Shown: positions 1-12,962 of the stretch, piece after piece
How the letters are laid out: the number at the start of each line of letters is the position of its first letter
How positions within the stretch are numbered: position 1 is the stretch's first letter
NCBI GenBank assembly: GCA_000004985.1
Contig: GG738920.1
Strand: one strand, 5' to 3'
Length of the DNA: 64,000 nt
Origin: Naegleria gruberi
Taxonomy: Eukaryota
The notes under the pieces: generated by a model
Databases searched by the model: none
What the model saw: the letters and a program-made list of their open reading frames with translations, nothing else
What the model was told of the DNA's origin: nothing
Program-made: the position numbers and the translations under genes

Positions 1-1504
1 ACTCATTAATAGATGATAAGAAATATAATCAATGATATGAATCTTCACTAAGTAATCTCTTAAATAACCCAAATAAATCAACTCTGAATCCTAACCAAAC
101 CCATCAGGAGGAAATCTTGAATATAGAGAACCAAATCCTCAATCAACAAAATAATATACATATCAATCGATTGGAAATCGATAGTAAATCGAAAATATAA
201 TTTATTTTATGATTTGAAATCTCTCCTTGACATCTTTTAGTCAATTAAGACAATTAAGGATGACAATATAGGGAAAGTTACCAATCTCAAAATAAATGAT
301 AATATCATGTTCCACATCTCAAATAAAGTGGAATTTCATCAAATTATATAATTTCATTTCAAGAAATGCATTCTGTAGATAGTACATGGAGATATTTCAT
401 GAGAATGGAAATCTGAAAGATACAGAAACAACTCCATTTTCACTGAAATTGATATCATGGTATATATACACTCCAATTAGCATATGGTATCAATTTCATA
501 AATATTGGTTCAGTAGATGTCGAGATGTCAACTCTATCACTATACTATAGAACTTTGACATGAAATCAAAGATTATGCTCCAAATCGCTCATTATACATA
601 CAATCAATCTAGAATTGATACCACATAGAGTATACATCAGTTAAATACACTGTATATAGTTTGGAAACAATTCGTATTACTTTCAAATAGTGAGTCAGTT
701 AATGTTCAATGTCAATAGTGCTTTTATCCAAGTGTACACTCCATATCAGTGAACGTAAGTCCAATCATCATGTAACTTTACCAGATACATTTAAACACAC
801 TATTATACATATGGTATCAATTTTAGTCTATTAGAATTGAATTCAATATGATAATAATAACAATCTGTCAAATTGTCACATTTCAACATGTAGAATATAC
901 TCCATCTCATTCAATTTACAAAATATCATACAAGTATCAAATATGAATACACTCTCCTTGATGAGGAGAACAATTTGTGAAAGTGTCATATTGATGGCTC
1001 AATATCTTCAACAATTAAGGAACATCTAAGGGAATCAAAAGGGAACAATCTTATTTCGAAAATTAAATTTTACTATGATACTATACTCATTGAATAGTGA
1101 AATGCTTATACAAGAATCATATATTCAATTATTATATTCATGTCAGTAATCAGTGAAGGTGACACTTCTTCAACCTTAGTGTACCCATCTCCATATGTAG
1201 ACTGTCAATTCCACTATAAATTGAAATATTACCTATCTAGATGATATAATGATGACTCTCCATAGTAACATGTATGTGAAAACAAATATTGACACTTTTC
1301 ATCTTGTTGTATTTGTAGAGATGGTATCCAGCAGAGTCATCTCAGAATGTCAAATGTTGAAACTAGTTCTATATGATATATATGATGTATAGAAGTGTAT
1401 CTGATGATGTCAATACAGTATGAAATAATTTAGCGGAATTGACATTGTCTAGTCACAATAACATGACAAATAGACCATAGTTTACATTCCATCTCAGTCA
1501 TTTC

Positions 1505-1745
1505 AACAAGTTACTGATCAGTTTCACCACCATTATGTTTCTCACACGCTCTAGTACAATTAATATTTCAAGAGTGAGTTCTGTGGAAGACTCTGTAAGA
1601 AATAATACCATATATATAGTAATATCAATAAACTGAATGAAGAGTTAATTCATCTCATTTTCAAATAGATTATTCAATATAGAACACATCTAGATAGTTT
1701 CCAGATCATAAAAGTCAAGATACTATATATGGTCTTTGATTAAAT
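1505..1745. repeat. Dispersed ~240-bp repeat (R2), second copy at 12325-12560 with about 85% identity
   Basis: 'gtttcaccaccattatgtttctcaca...atatttcaag.gtga.ttctgtggaa...atatatagtaatatcaata...atagattatt.aatatagaacacatctag' is shared by the two loci. Confidence 0.8.
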
Positions 1746-2136
1746 TTAAAAATAGACTGCCGTTAATTACTGGAATATTAATTCAAAGCTTGATGATCAA
1801 GCTATTGATTGAAATCAAACCGATTATTGAATATTGATCATTGAATTGGTGAATAATCACTCTTGATAATGTTACTTATTCATATTGCATGCAAATCAAC
1901 CTGATTCAATCTACAAAGGTTGGTAGTTGCACCACTACGTGGCGAAACTACCCAACCACGATGAATCAACATGTGATTCACTTCCATTCAACTCAATTTG
2001 ACCGTTATAATCAATAAATCAATGAAATGTTCCTTTATTAGCAATACCTATTCAATCTAATGAGTAGATTCACGTCCCAAACATTTNNNNNNNNNNNNNN
2101 NNNNNNNNNNNNNNNNNNNNNNNNNNNNNNNNNNNN

Positions 2137-2334
2137 ACCAACCCAACCCAAACCCAAACCCAAACCCAAACCCAAACCCAAACCCAAACCCAAACCCAAA
2201 CCCAAACCCAAACCCAAACCCAAACCCAAACCCAGAACCCAAACCCAAACCCAAACCCAAACCCAAACCCAAACCCAAACCCAACCCAAACCCAAACCCA
2301 AACCCAAACCCAAACCCAAACCCAACCCAAACCC
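2137..2334 (+). repeat. Telomere-type hexamer array (CCCAAA)n with occasional CCCAA units, C-rich strand reading 5'->3' on the + strand
   Basis: Seen directly: 'acccaaacccaaacccaaa...' for about 200 bp. It is immediately preceded by a 50-N gap (2087-2136) and followed by 'ctgacttcttttagtcaattaagac'. Confidence 0.95.
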
Positions 2335-4104
2335 TGACTTCTTTTAGTCAATTAAGACAATTAAGGATATAACAATAGAAAAAGTTGACAATCTCAAAAT
2401 AAACTTTATTATCATGTAGTATATCTCAAATAAAGTGGACTGTATTCAAATTATATACTTTTATTTCAAGAAATGCATTCAGTAGATAGTACTTGGTGAT
2501 CTGTCAATGTGGCTAGAAATCTGAAAGGTCCAGAACCATATAAATAGAATCCTGAATCGAATACTCTTGATGCGTAGAACAATCTGAGAAAGTATCATAC
2601 TCATGACTCAATTCCTCTTGATCATTGTTGTATTTTTCATTCATGCGTAGATAAAAATAACGTACATTCAAAAATACTCTCAAAAATTCTACGCATCAAT
2701 ATGAATGACAACCAAATTGATTGAATATAAGTCCGTCCGCAAAGTGACGCAAACTAACGGAATATCGAAATCGTTACTACTTTCGAATAGCTTGAAAACA
2801 ACACATTTACACCACAACTCGATAACTAGATAAGAACTATATACTTTTTTTAAAACTTTACTAAAAAAACCAACAAAATACCCAAACGGCGCTTAATAAC
2901 CCTATATCAGATCATAAAGACCATGGAGCCACAGAAGAAACAAATCAAAACAACACGTTTCCAAACCCTTCAACCCAACCATCATAACTTGATATATATA
3001 AATATTTAACAATTTCACATCAGCCGTATATTGTGCCCCATTACCATCACCATCTTTTGACATCATTTGTGATATATATTGTTAATGTATTTAAGGAGAA
3101 AAGCTTAATAAATAGGGGTTGACATGGGATCCAAACCCTAAGGAAATATAAGGAAAGTTACCACTCTCAAAATAAATGATAATATCGTGTTCTACATCTC
3201 AAATAAGGTGGACTTTCATCAAATTATATGTTTTCATTTCAAGAAATGTATCCAGTAGATAGTACATGGTGATTTGTCAGGGTGGATTGATGGAAATCTG
3301 AAGGGTCCAGAAACAACTCCATTTTCACTGAAATTGATATCATGATATGTAGACACTCTAATTAGCATATAATATCAATTTCATGAATATTGGCTCAGTA
3401 GATATTGAGTTGTCAACTCTATCACTATACTATAAAACTTTGACATAAATTCAAAGATTATGCTCTAAATCACTTATTTTATATGAAACTAGTCTAGAAT
3501 TGATAACACAAATTCTGTACACCATTTATATACATCTATACAAGTTTAGAAACAATTCATGATACTTTCATTCAGTCAATCAGTAAATGTTCAATGTCAA
3601 TAGTGATTATATCCAATTGTACACACTGTCTCAATGAAAGTATATCCAAACATCATGTAACTTTACCAGATACATTTAGTCACACTGATATACATCTGGT
3701 ATCAATTTTAGTCTGTTAGAATTGAATTCAATATGATAATAATAACAATCTGTCAAATTGTCACATTTCAACATATAGAATGAATACCATCTCAGTCAAT
3801 TTACAAAATATCATACTAGTATCAAAAATGAATACACTTCCCTTGATGAGGAGAACAATCTGAGAAAGTTTTATATTCATGGCTCAATATCTTCAAGTCA
3901 ACTAAGGAACATCTAAGGTAATCAAAAGGGAAGAATCTTAATTCCAAAATTAAATTTTACCATCATGTCAAAATCATTGAATAATGCATTAATTATACAA
4001 GAATAATATATTCAATTGTTATATTCATGTCAGTAATCAGTGATGGTGACACTCNNNNNNNNNNNNNNNNNNNNNNNNNNNNNNNNNNNNNNNNNNNNNN
4101 NNNN

Positions 4105-4468
4105 ACCCAAACCCAAACCCAAACCCAAACCCAACCCAAACCCAAACCCAAACCCAAACCCAAACCCAAACCCAAACCCAACCCAAACCCAAACCCAACC
4201 CCAAACCCAAACCCAAACCCAACCAAAACCAAACCCAAACCCAAACCCAAACCCAAACCCAAACCCAAACCCAAACCCAAACCCAAACCCAAACCCAAAC
4301 CCAAACCCAAACCCAAACCCAAACCCAAACCCAAACCCAAACCCAAACCCAAACCCAAACCCAAACCCAAACCCAAACCCAACCCAACCCCAACCCCAAA
4401 CCCAAACCCAAACCCAAACCCAAACCCAAACCCAAACCCAAACCCAAACCCAAACCCAACCCAAACCC
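4105..4468 (+). repeat. Second telomere-type (CCCAAA)n array of about 364 bp, with some CCCAA/CCCCAA variants
   Basis: Seen directly. It is preceded by a 50-N gap (4055-4104) and followed by the same ~650-bp sequence as array 1. Confidence 0.95.
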
Positions 4469-5247
4469 TGACTTCTTTTAGTCAATTAAGACAATTAAGG
4501 ATATAACAATAGAAAAAGTTGACAATCTCAAAATAAACTTTATTATCATGTAGTATATCTCAAATAAAGTGGACTGTATTCAAATTATATACTTTTATTT
4601 CAAGAAATGCATTCAGTAGATAGTACTTGGTGATCTGTCAATGTGGCTAGAAATCTGAAAGGTCCAGAACCATATAAATAGAATCCTGAATCGAATACTC
4701 TTGATGCGTAGAACAATCTGAGAAAGTATCATACTCATGACTCAATTCCTCTTGATCATTGTTGTATTTTTCATTCATGCGTAGATAAAAATAACGTACA
4801 TTCAAAAATACTCTCAAAAATTCTACGCATCAATATGAATGACAACCAAATTGATTGAATATAAGTCCGTCCGCAAAGTGACGCAAACTAACGGAATATC
4901 GAAATCGTTACTACTTTCGAATAGCTTGAAAACAACACATTTACACCACAACTCGATAACTAGATAAGAACTATATACTTTTTTTAAAACTTTACTAAAA
5001 AAACCAACAAAATACCCAAACGGCGCTTAATAACCCTATATCAGATCATAAAGACCATGGAGCCACAGAAGAAACAAATCAAAACAACACGTTTCCAAAC
5101 CCAACCTTCAAACCCTAGCCCAAAATTATAAACTTATTCAAATATCATTAAATTTTATATCATTCGATTGGAAATGATGAGTAGAACAACGTAGTATATT
5201 TAGTTTTTCAATTTATAAAATATTAACTTTGTAAATAATGTCAGATT

Positions 5248-7300
5248 NNNNNNNNNNNNNNNNNNNNNNNNNNNNNNNNNNNNNNNNNNNNNNNNNNNNN
5301 NNNNNNNNNNNNNNNNNNNNNNNNNNNNNNNNNNNNNNNNNNNNNNNNNNNNNNNNNNNNNNNNNNNNNNNNNNNNNNNNNNNNNNNNNNNNNNNNNNNN
5401 NNNNNNNNNNNNNNNNNNNNNNNNNNNNNNNNNNNNNNNNNNNNNNNNNNNNNNNNNNNNNNNNNNNNNNNNNNNNNNNNNNNNNNNNNNNNNNNNNNNN
5501 NNNNNNNNNNNNNNNNNNNNNNNNNNNNNNNNNNNNNNNNNNNNNNNNNNNNNNNNNNNNNNNNNNNNNNNNNNNNNNNNNNNNNNNNNNNNNNNNNNNN
5601 NNNNNNNNNNNNNNNNNNNNNNNNNNNNNNNNNNNNNNNNNNNNNNNNNNNNNNNNNNNNNNNNNNNNNNNNNNNNNNNNNNNNNNNNNNNNNNNNNNNN
5701 NNNNNNNNNNNNNNNNNNNNNNNNNNNNNNNNNNNNNNNNNNNNNNNNNNNNNNNNNNNNNNNNNNNNNNNNNNNNNNNNNNNNNNNNNNNNNNNNNNNN
5801 NNNNNNNNNNNNNNNNNNNNNNNNNNNNNNNNNNNNNNNNNNNNNNNNNNNNNNNNNNNNNNNNNNNNNNNNNNNNNNNNNNNNNNNNNNNNNNNNNNNN
5901 NNNNNNNNNNNNNNNNNNNNNNNNNNNNNNNNNNNNNNNNNNNNNNNNNNNNNNNNNNNNNNNNNNNNNNNNNNNNNNNNNNNNNNNNNNNNNNNNNNNN
6001 NNNNNNNNNNNNNNNNNNNNNNNNNNNNNNNNNNNNNNNNNNNNNNNNNNNNNNNNNNNNNNNNNNNNNNNNNNNNNNNNNNNNNNNNNNNNNNNNNNNN
6101 NNNNNNNNNNNNNNNNNNNNNNNNNNNNNNNNNNNNNNNNNNNNNNNNNNNNNNNNNNNNNNNNNNNNNNNNNNNNNNNNNNNNNNNNNNNNNNNNNNNN
6201 NNNNNNNNNNNNNNNNNNNNNNNNNNNNNNNNNNNNNNNNNNNNNNNNNNNNNNNNNNNNNNNNNNNNNNNNNNNNNNNNNNNNNNNNNNNNNNNNNNNN
6301 NNNNNNNNNNNNNNNNNNNNNNNNNNNNNNNNNNNNNNNNNNNNNNNNNNNNNNNNNNNNNNNNNNNNNNNNNNNNNNNNNNNNNNNNNNNNNNNNNNNN
6401 NNNNNNNNNNNNNNNNNNNNNNNNNNNNNNNNNNNNNNNNNNNNNNNNNNNNNNNNNNNNNNNNNNNNNNNNNNNNNNNNNNNNNNNNNNNNNNNNNNNN
6501 NNNNNNNNNNNNNNNNNNNNNNNNNNNNNNNNNNNNNNNNNNNNNNNNNNNNNNNNNNNNNNNNNNNNNNNNNNNNNNNNNNNNNNNNNNNNNNNNNNNN
6601 NNNNNNNNNNNNNNNNNNNNNNNNNNNNNNNNNNNNNNNNNNNNNNNNNNNNNNNNNNNNNNNNNNNNNNNNNNNNNNNNNNNNNNNNNNNNNNNNNNNN
6701 NNNNNNNNNNNNNNNNNNNNNNNNNNNNNNNNNNNNNNNNNNNNNNNNNNNNNNNNNNNNNNNNNNNNNNNNNNNNNNNNNNNNNNNNNNNNNNNNNNNN
6801 NNNNNNNNNNNNNNNNNNNNNNNNNNNNNNNNNNNNNNNNNNNNNNNNNNNNNNNNNNNNNNNNNNNNNNNNNNNNNNNNNNNNNNNNNNNNNNNNNNNN
6901 NNNNNNNNNNNNNNNNNNNNNNNNNNNNNNNNNNNNNNNNNNNNNNNNNNNNNNNNNNNNNNNNNNNNNNNNNNNNNNNNNNNNNNNNNNNNNNNNNNNN
7001 NNNNNNNNNNNNNNNNNNNNNNNNNNNNNNNNNNNNNNNNNNNNNNNNNNNNNNNNNNNNNNNNNNNNNNNNNNNNNNNNNNNNNNNNNNNNNNNNNNNN
7101 NNNNNNNNNNNNNNNNNNNNNNNNNNNNNNNNNNNNNNNNNNNNNNNNNNNNNNNNNNNNNNNNNNNNNNNNNNNNNNNNNNNNNNNNNNNNNNNNNNNN
7201 NNNNNNNNNNNNNNNNNNNNNNNNNNNNNNNNNNNNNNNNNNNNNNNNNNNNNNNNNNNNNNNNNNNNNNNNNNNNNNNNNNNNNNNNNNNNNNNNNNNN
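5248..7300. other. Assembly gap of 2053 N inside the repeat block. There are also 50-N gaps at 2087-2136 and 4055-4104
   Basis: Runs of n. The left gap edge ends '...gtcagatt', which continues as 'gtcagattaaaaattat...' in the copy at 7662. The right edge starts 'acgtcccaaacattt', the same 15-mer that precedes the gap at 2087. Confidence 0.95.
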
Positions 7301-10300
7301 ACGTCCCAAACATTTGACTTCTCAAAGTCCATATTTCAAAAGTTAGTACTGACCTGACCTTTATATATCTATCAATACAAGAAATGAAAACATCAAATTT
7401 ACATTATTAATAGATGATAAGAATTATAATCAATGATATAAATCTTCACTAAGTAATATATTAAATAACCCAAATAAATCAACTCTGAATCCTAACCAAA
7501 CCCTTTGAACCTAAAATTGAAATACCAGACCCAATGTTTCAAAGTTCAAACCCTAGCCCAAATTATTGAATATTATATCATTCGATTGTAAATGATGAGT
7601 AGAACAATATATTATATTTAGTTTTTCAATTTATAAAATATTAACTTTGTAAATAATGTCAGATTAAAAATTATAAAATGAAACCATATGAAGAATGATA
7701 ATTTCAAAATCCTTTAATGAGATTATATAGTATATATCTTCACTAACAACATTCATAATCACTCTCATATGAAATTTCTAAACTTCATGTTGGTAGGTAT
7801 AAAAGTATCAAGTGAAAAGGGAAGATGTGAGGTAAAAGAGGTCAACAATAACTTTTGAGTTTCTCATCAAAACATATTAAATCCTAATATGAAAATGTTC
7901 CATTTGATTAGTAAACATCGAATATCAAATTTATTTTCACTTTCATATTTAAAGATTTCTTCCCTCAATCACACATGGTCAACTATGATGAAAAGGATGA
8001 AATCTTGAAAAAAGACCACTATTGAAACTTTACCAACATCATGCAGATGATCTATAATGTTGTAGATTTCAATTTCATATCATAAGAATCAGAAATGGTA
8101 CCATAGGAAAGTAAATGTTGATTTTACAAAGTTGACTGAAAGGAAAGACAAGTCAGATCAGTCTATCACAAACATCACTTCAATCAACAAAATATATATG
8201 AAAATGCTCCATTCAATCCGTAGAGATAGAATATCACGTTTATTTTAACTTTCATATTCATGATTTCATCCCTTTCATACCAACTAGTCAACTATGGACA
8301 TGAATGAAAATCTGGAAAATGACCACTCTATGAAACATTACCATCATGTTCAACATCTCAAATACTGTATATGATTCAAATTTCAGACATTTTGGAGAAT
8401 ATTCTATCTTTCAGTAAGGTAAAGGGTGAAATTTCAAGGTTGTCTTGGAAGATCAGGAGGAAATCTTGAATATAGAAAACCACGCCCTCAATCAACAAAA
8501 TATATCAATCGATTGGAAATCAATAGTACATCTCGAAAACATCATTTATTTTATGATTTGAAATCTCTCCTTTACCTCTTTTGGTCAATTAAGACAATTA
8601 AGGATGATACTATAGGAAAAGTTACCAATCTCAAAATAAATGATAATATCGTGTTCCACATCTCAAATAAAGTGGACTTTCATCAAATTATATAATTTCA
8701 TTTCAAGAAATGCATCCGTTAGATAGTACATGGTGATATTTCAAGGGAATGGATGGAAATCTGAAGGATATAGAAACAACTCCATTTGCACTGAAATTGA
8801 TACCATGATATGTAGACACTCTAATTAGCATATAATATCAATTTCATGAGTATTGGCTCAGTAGATATTGAGTTGTCAACTCTATCATTTTACTATAGAA
8901 CTTTGACATAAAATCAAAGATTATGCTCCAACTCACTTATTTTATATGCAATTAGTCTAGAACTGATAACACACATTCTATACACCATTTATATACATCT
9001 ATACAAGTTTAGAAACAATTCATGATACTTTCATTCAGTCAATCAGTAAATGTTCAATGTCAACACTTAATATATCTTAGTGAACACTCTATCTCAATGT
9101 AAGTACATCCAATCATCCTGTAACTTTACAAATTACGTTTAATCACACTATTATACATCTGGTATCAATTTCACAGTGTTAGAATTGAATTCAATATGAT
9201 AATAATAACAATCTTTCAAAATGTCACAATTCAATATATAGAATATACTCCATCTCAGTCAATTTACAATATATTGTACAAGTATCAAGTATGAATACAC
9301 TCCTCTAGATGAGGAGAACAATCCGAGAAAGTTTCATATTCATGGCTCAGAAAACCCTGATTAAAGACAAAAATGAGTAAAATGACCGAGAATCGATCGC
9401 ACGTCCATTAGTGAACATTGCCATTATACAACCGCTGAGCTAACAGCGCTATAGGTTTTATATCTAAAAATATCTATACAAACAAGAATATGTCGCATGA
9501 CAAATAAGAAGAACATTACTACCACTGCAAATAACAACAAGAATTAAATTATAATTTATTAATAATATTAATTTATTAATAATATTGAAGGGAGAAGTTG
9601 CTCCCTTCCAAATGATGGAAGGGAAGATCCAACTTGATGACCAAGAGGTGATACATCCACCAATCCAATCCAATTACATTATTAAAGCTATCCTAAATTT
9701 CCAATTAATTTTGCAACTTGGTGGAAGTGAGTGCCAAAGGCACCACACCTCCACCATTATAATAACTTCCAAATAAATATTATTCCAATTCCGAAACATC
9801 ATCTTCCAAATAATTCCAATCAATATATATTTTTAAAATTATTATGAAACAACTCCTGATGATATGATGATGATATGATACGATGATGATACGATGAGAT
9901 GATGAGATGATTGAATGAGGAAGAGAGAGGAGACATTACAACATTTTTTTTGTATGTTACTTTTCCAACCGACAATTTAAGAGCATCCGCACTCTCACCT
10001 CCATACAACCAAGACAAGAATGAATCAACTCTTTAATTACCAGCAAGGATTTCCAACAAGAATAATTAAATATTTAATCGGTGATAATTCAATAATTACT
10101 TAGTGAAATCCAAAAGTTGAAACACCAATCGATAGCAAATCATCTCTAGTATGACATATATTTTTTATTGATCAATTTCTGATCATTCTTTTACCTTTCC
10201 CTAGGAATAGTAAAATCGCAATATATTGAGGGAGGAATTGCTGATTATCTCAATAATTATATAACAAACTATACACAATCTATAGCCCACTGGATAGCTG

Positions 10301-11274
10301 AGATTGTAACCTATTTAATGATGTATATCATTGATTATGTATTTCAATAATAATGAAGATCCAATGAGTACGAAACGATAACCAAACCCTGAGTAATAGA
10401 AGTCAATATCTATATAATTGGAATGTCTGTCAAGCTACTTATCCAATTGATCAAAGGTAACATTCTTACATGTCAAATATTGTAACAATCAATTCATTTT
10501 CATTTTCATCATGTTGTAATCATCAAATACTCTCATAATATCAATTTTGGAATCATTTCAATATCATCTTAGATAGTTGTCATATGGCAAAGTGACTACC
10601 TTAGTGAACAACCCATGTCATTAAGAAAAGTTAAAATTGAAATATTTCAATCATATATACATATATACATCAAATAAAGTCTATAACATCAGTTTCATGA
10701 AATATAATCAATAATTGGTATTATGGCAATATTTCAATTAAGTATTGACATTGCGACATTTCCCAAATTGAATATATAGAAAATAAAATCATGATACCAG
10801 GTATTTGTCGATATAATACATAGATAAATGATATTATCAAATAAAATGTAGGTCCTTATGAAAGTTTAATAGTGTTGTTATTGACAGTATTCAATCAAAC
10901 TCAATATATTACATAGAGAAATATATCCAACAAACAATTATTTGTAACATTGTTGTATACATCACATAGCAGGGTTCCAATTTATATAAATAGATTATTT
11001 GCTAATTTGATTGAGTTTGAAGGTTGTCAAAGTTCTGTAATACTAAAAGCGGGAAAATTTCCGCGGGAAAATTTTATTGAAAAATGACCTCTAATCAGAG
11101 GCTATTTTTTCGAAAAGTACTTAAAGACAAGACTAGATATTAATATGGTAGATAGAAATAGATGTGCAGAAGGCATAGCTAAAAAATTTTAGGTCGAAAG
11201 GCAGGATTTTTGGACAAAATCGTCCGGCGCCAGGTTAACCAAACCCAACACCATACAGAAATCTGGTTTTCAAA

Positions 11275-12090
11275 ATGTTGGAAAGTGTTAAAGAATTTAA
11301 GAAAGAAGATGAAATCGTCCATATCATCAATGCTATTGAGGTATTCTGTGCAGGAGCAGCAACTTGGTGTACTTGGTGGAAGCAACCACATATCTTGAAA
11401 TTGCTTCTTGCAAAAAGTTCCCAAGAAAATGATATACCAAGACATACAAACCACCAAGAAATTCTTAATGTAAACGTACCAACCTATGGAGGTAACTATG
11501 TCATTGAATCAGAGATGCTCTTGAGAGAAGATATGTTGGCATTGATAAGATATTTGAGTCTTTGTTCTGGTGTGGAATTATCATATAGAAATACTACTAA
11601 GCAAGGGAGAGAGAAGAGAAATCTGTCTCGTAAACAAGCTCAATTCGATAGTAGACCAGCAGATACTGTGGCTAGAGGAATAGTTCCAACCAATGTTTCG
11701 ACAATAAGTGTTATCAAGAATTTCGTTCAAGGAGTGGAAGAAATGGAAAGGAAGAAGCTTGATGATTTTGCAGGAGAGCAAGCTGACGATTTGAATGACA
11801 AAGATTTTACTCCTACTGGATCCGTTGAACCTGCAAAACAAAAGAGAACCCCTCGAACTCCAAAGAAAGGCGTAAAAAGAGCAGCCAAGCCTTCACCCTC
11901 TCAAACTAAGAAGAAGTCAAAGGTGATTGAAGACGAATATTCCAGTAGCTCATCTGATGGATTTGAGAGTGCTGCCAGTAATTCTATTACTGATGAGTCC
12001 GAAAGTGAATCTGATTCCATTCGTGATACTGAGATATTCACAAGATCCAAAGGATTAATTGGAGATCCAAATAGATCTGAAAGTGCTTAA
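11275..12090 (+). CDS. Hypothetical protein, 271 aa, with a basic, S/E-rich C-terminus and no recognisable domain
   Basis: Complete ATG-started ORF with host-like codon usage. It is flanked by repeat fragments: an R2 copy at 12325-12560 and tandem 'cgggaaaattt' at about 11050. Confidence 0.35.
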   Translation: MLESVKEFKKEDEIVHIINAIEVFCAGAATWCTWWKQPHILKLLLAKSSQENDIPRHTNHQEILNVNVPTYGGNYVIESEMLLREDMLALIRYLSLCSGVELSYRNTTKQGREKRNLSRKQAQFDSRPADTVARGIVPTNVSTISVIKNFVQGVEEMERKKLDDFAGEQADDLNDKDFTPTGSVEPAKQKRTPRTPKKGVKRAAKPSPSQTKKKSKVIEDEYSSSSSDGFESAASNSITDESESESDSIRDTEIFTRSKGLIGDPNRSESA

Positions 12091-12962
12091 TTGAAAGCTG
12101 CTAGAAAACATGGTGTTGACTCTTCTAAAAGAATTTCTTTGTAATTTTAATAACAAATACCCAACAAATGTTGGAATTTTTGGTTTATTTGTTTCTTTTT
12201 CCAAAAACTTAATCGCAATTTTCATCTGGAGATTTTCGCCAATCTCCAATTTCATTAAGCGAATGAAACCATTCGCAAAATTCAAGTGGCGATTTTCGCC
12301 AATCGTCGATCGCCAAAATGTGTATACTCGTAAGTTTCACCACCATTATGTTTCTCACATACTCTAGTGCATTTTATATTTCAAGTGTGATTTCTGTGGA
12401 ATTTGTTATCCAAATACCTTATATATAGTAATATCAATAGTCGTTATATACTCAATTCAAGAGTTAATTTTATTTCTTCTTTTTTTCATATAGATTATTG
12501 AATATAGAACACATCTAGCCTGTTTTCAGACAATAAAAGTCCAGATCCCAAATATGGCAAAATGAATTCTTGGCGAGAGGGCAAGTTTTTCTGACAAATA
12601 CTAAACTTTATTGATTATCTCAATAAATATAGAATATTACACCTTCGTGTTTTTACCACATGTAGATCAGACTATTGTACATCACATTGATAAGCTATAA
12701 GATCCGAGCATGTGCGGATCCCAAACCAGAGAGATAATGACAGGTTACAAACAATAAACTTCCCAAAAAGGAAAGGCGGAAAATTTATTACAAAAAAACA
12801 AAATTTTTTCAAGTGATCAGTGGAACAACAAAACCGTTTAATGGTTGGTTGTATAAAAATTATGTTTTGTAAATTAAAGAAACAAGAAGATTTGTTCCAA
12901 GAAGCCTATTAATAATCCCATCTATCGCACTAGTAATTTATCAAATCTTAAAAAAAAACAGA

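Larger units (their letters stand above)
1..9400. repeat. Composite repeat block that looks subtelomeric. A ~1-kb unit (R1) occurs at about 95-1165, 3120-4054 and 8440-9350. A ~650-bp unit occurs at 2335-2985 and again, nearly identical, at 4469-5100. 1-105 matches 7396-7500, and 5095-5247 matches 7540-7670. Diverged ~330-bp tandem units lie at about 7870-8440
   Basis: Direct comparison within the window. For example 'caggaggaaatcttgaatatagagaacc...gtcaattaagacaattaaggatga...' recurs at 97, 3140 and 8451. 2335-2985 and 4469-5100 are essentially identical. No long ORF other than artefacts across N or hexamer runs. Confidence 0.85.

Noticed and set aside
2137-4468. Ciliate (Paramecium/Tetrahymena-like) origin suggested by the C3A3/C4A2-type repeats
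   Set aside because: Genes here have 40-560-nt spliceosomal introns and use TAA/TAG as real stops, which is incompatible with oligohymenophoran ciliate nuclear genes
2038-7346. Long ORFs in the track translating to (PK)n, (GL)n, (WV)n, (TQ)n or poly-X
   Set aside because: They are translations of the (CCCAAA)n arrays and of N-runs, with no coding potential
8426-10017. Short track ORFs (8426-8695, 9464-9673, 9585-9776, 9820-10017)
   Set aside because: They are inside repeat units or AT-rich intergenic DNA, and the 8426 ORF sequence is the repeat R1 itself. No homology
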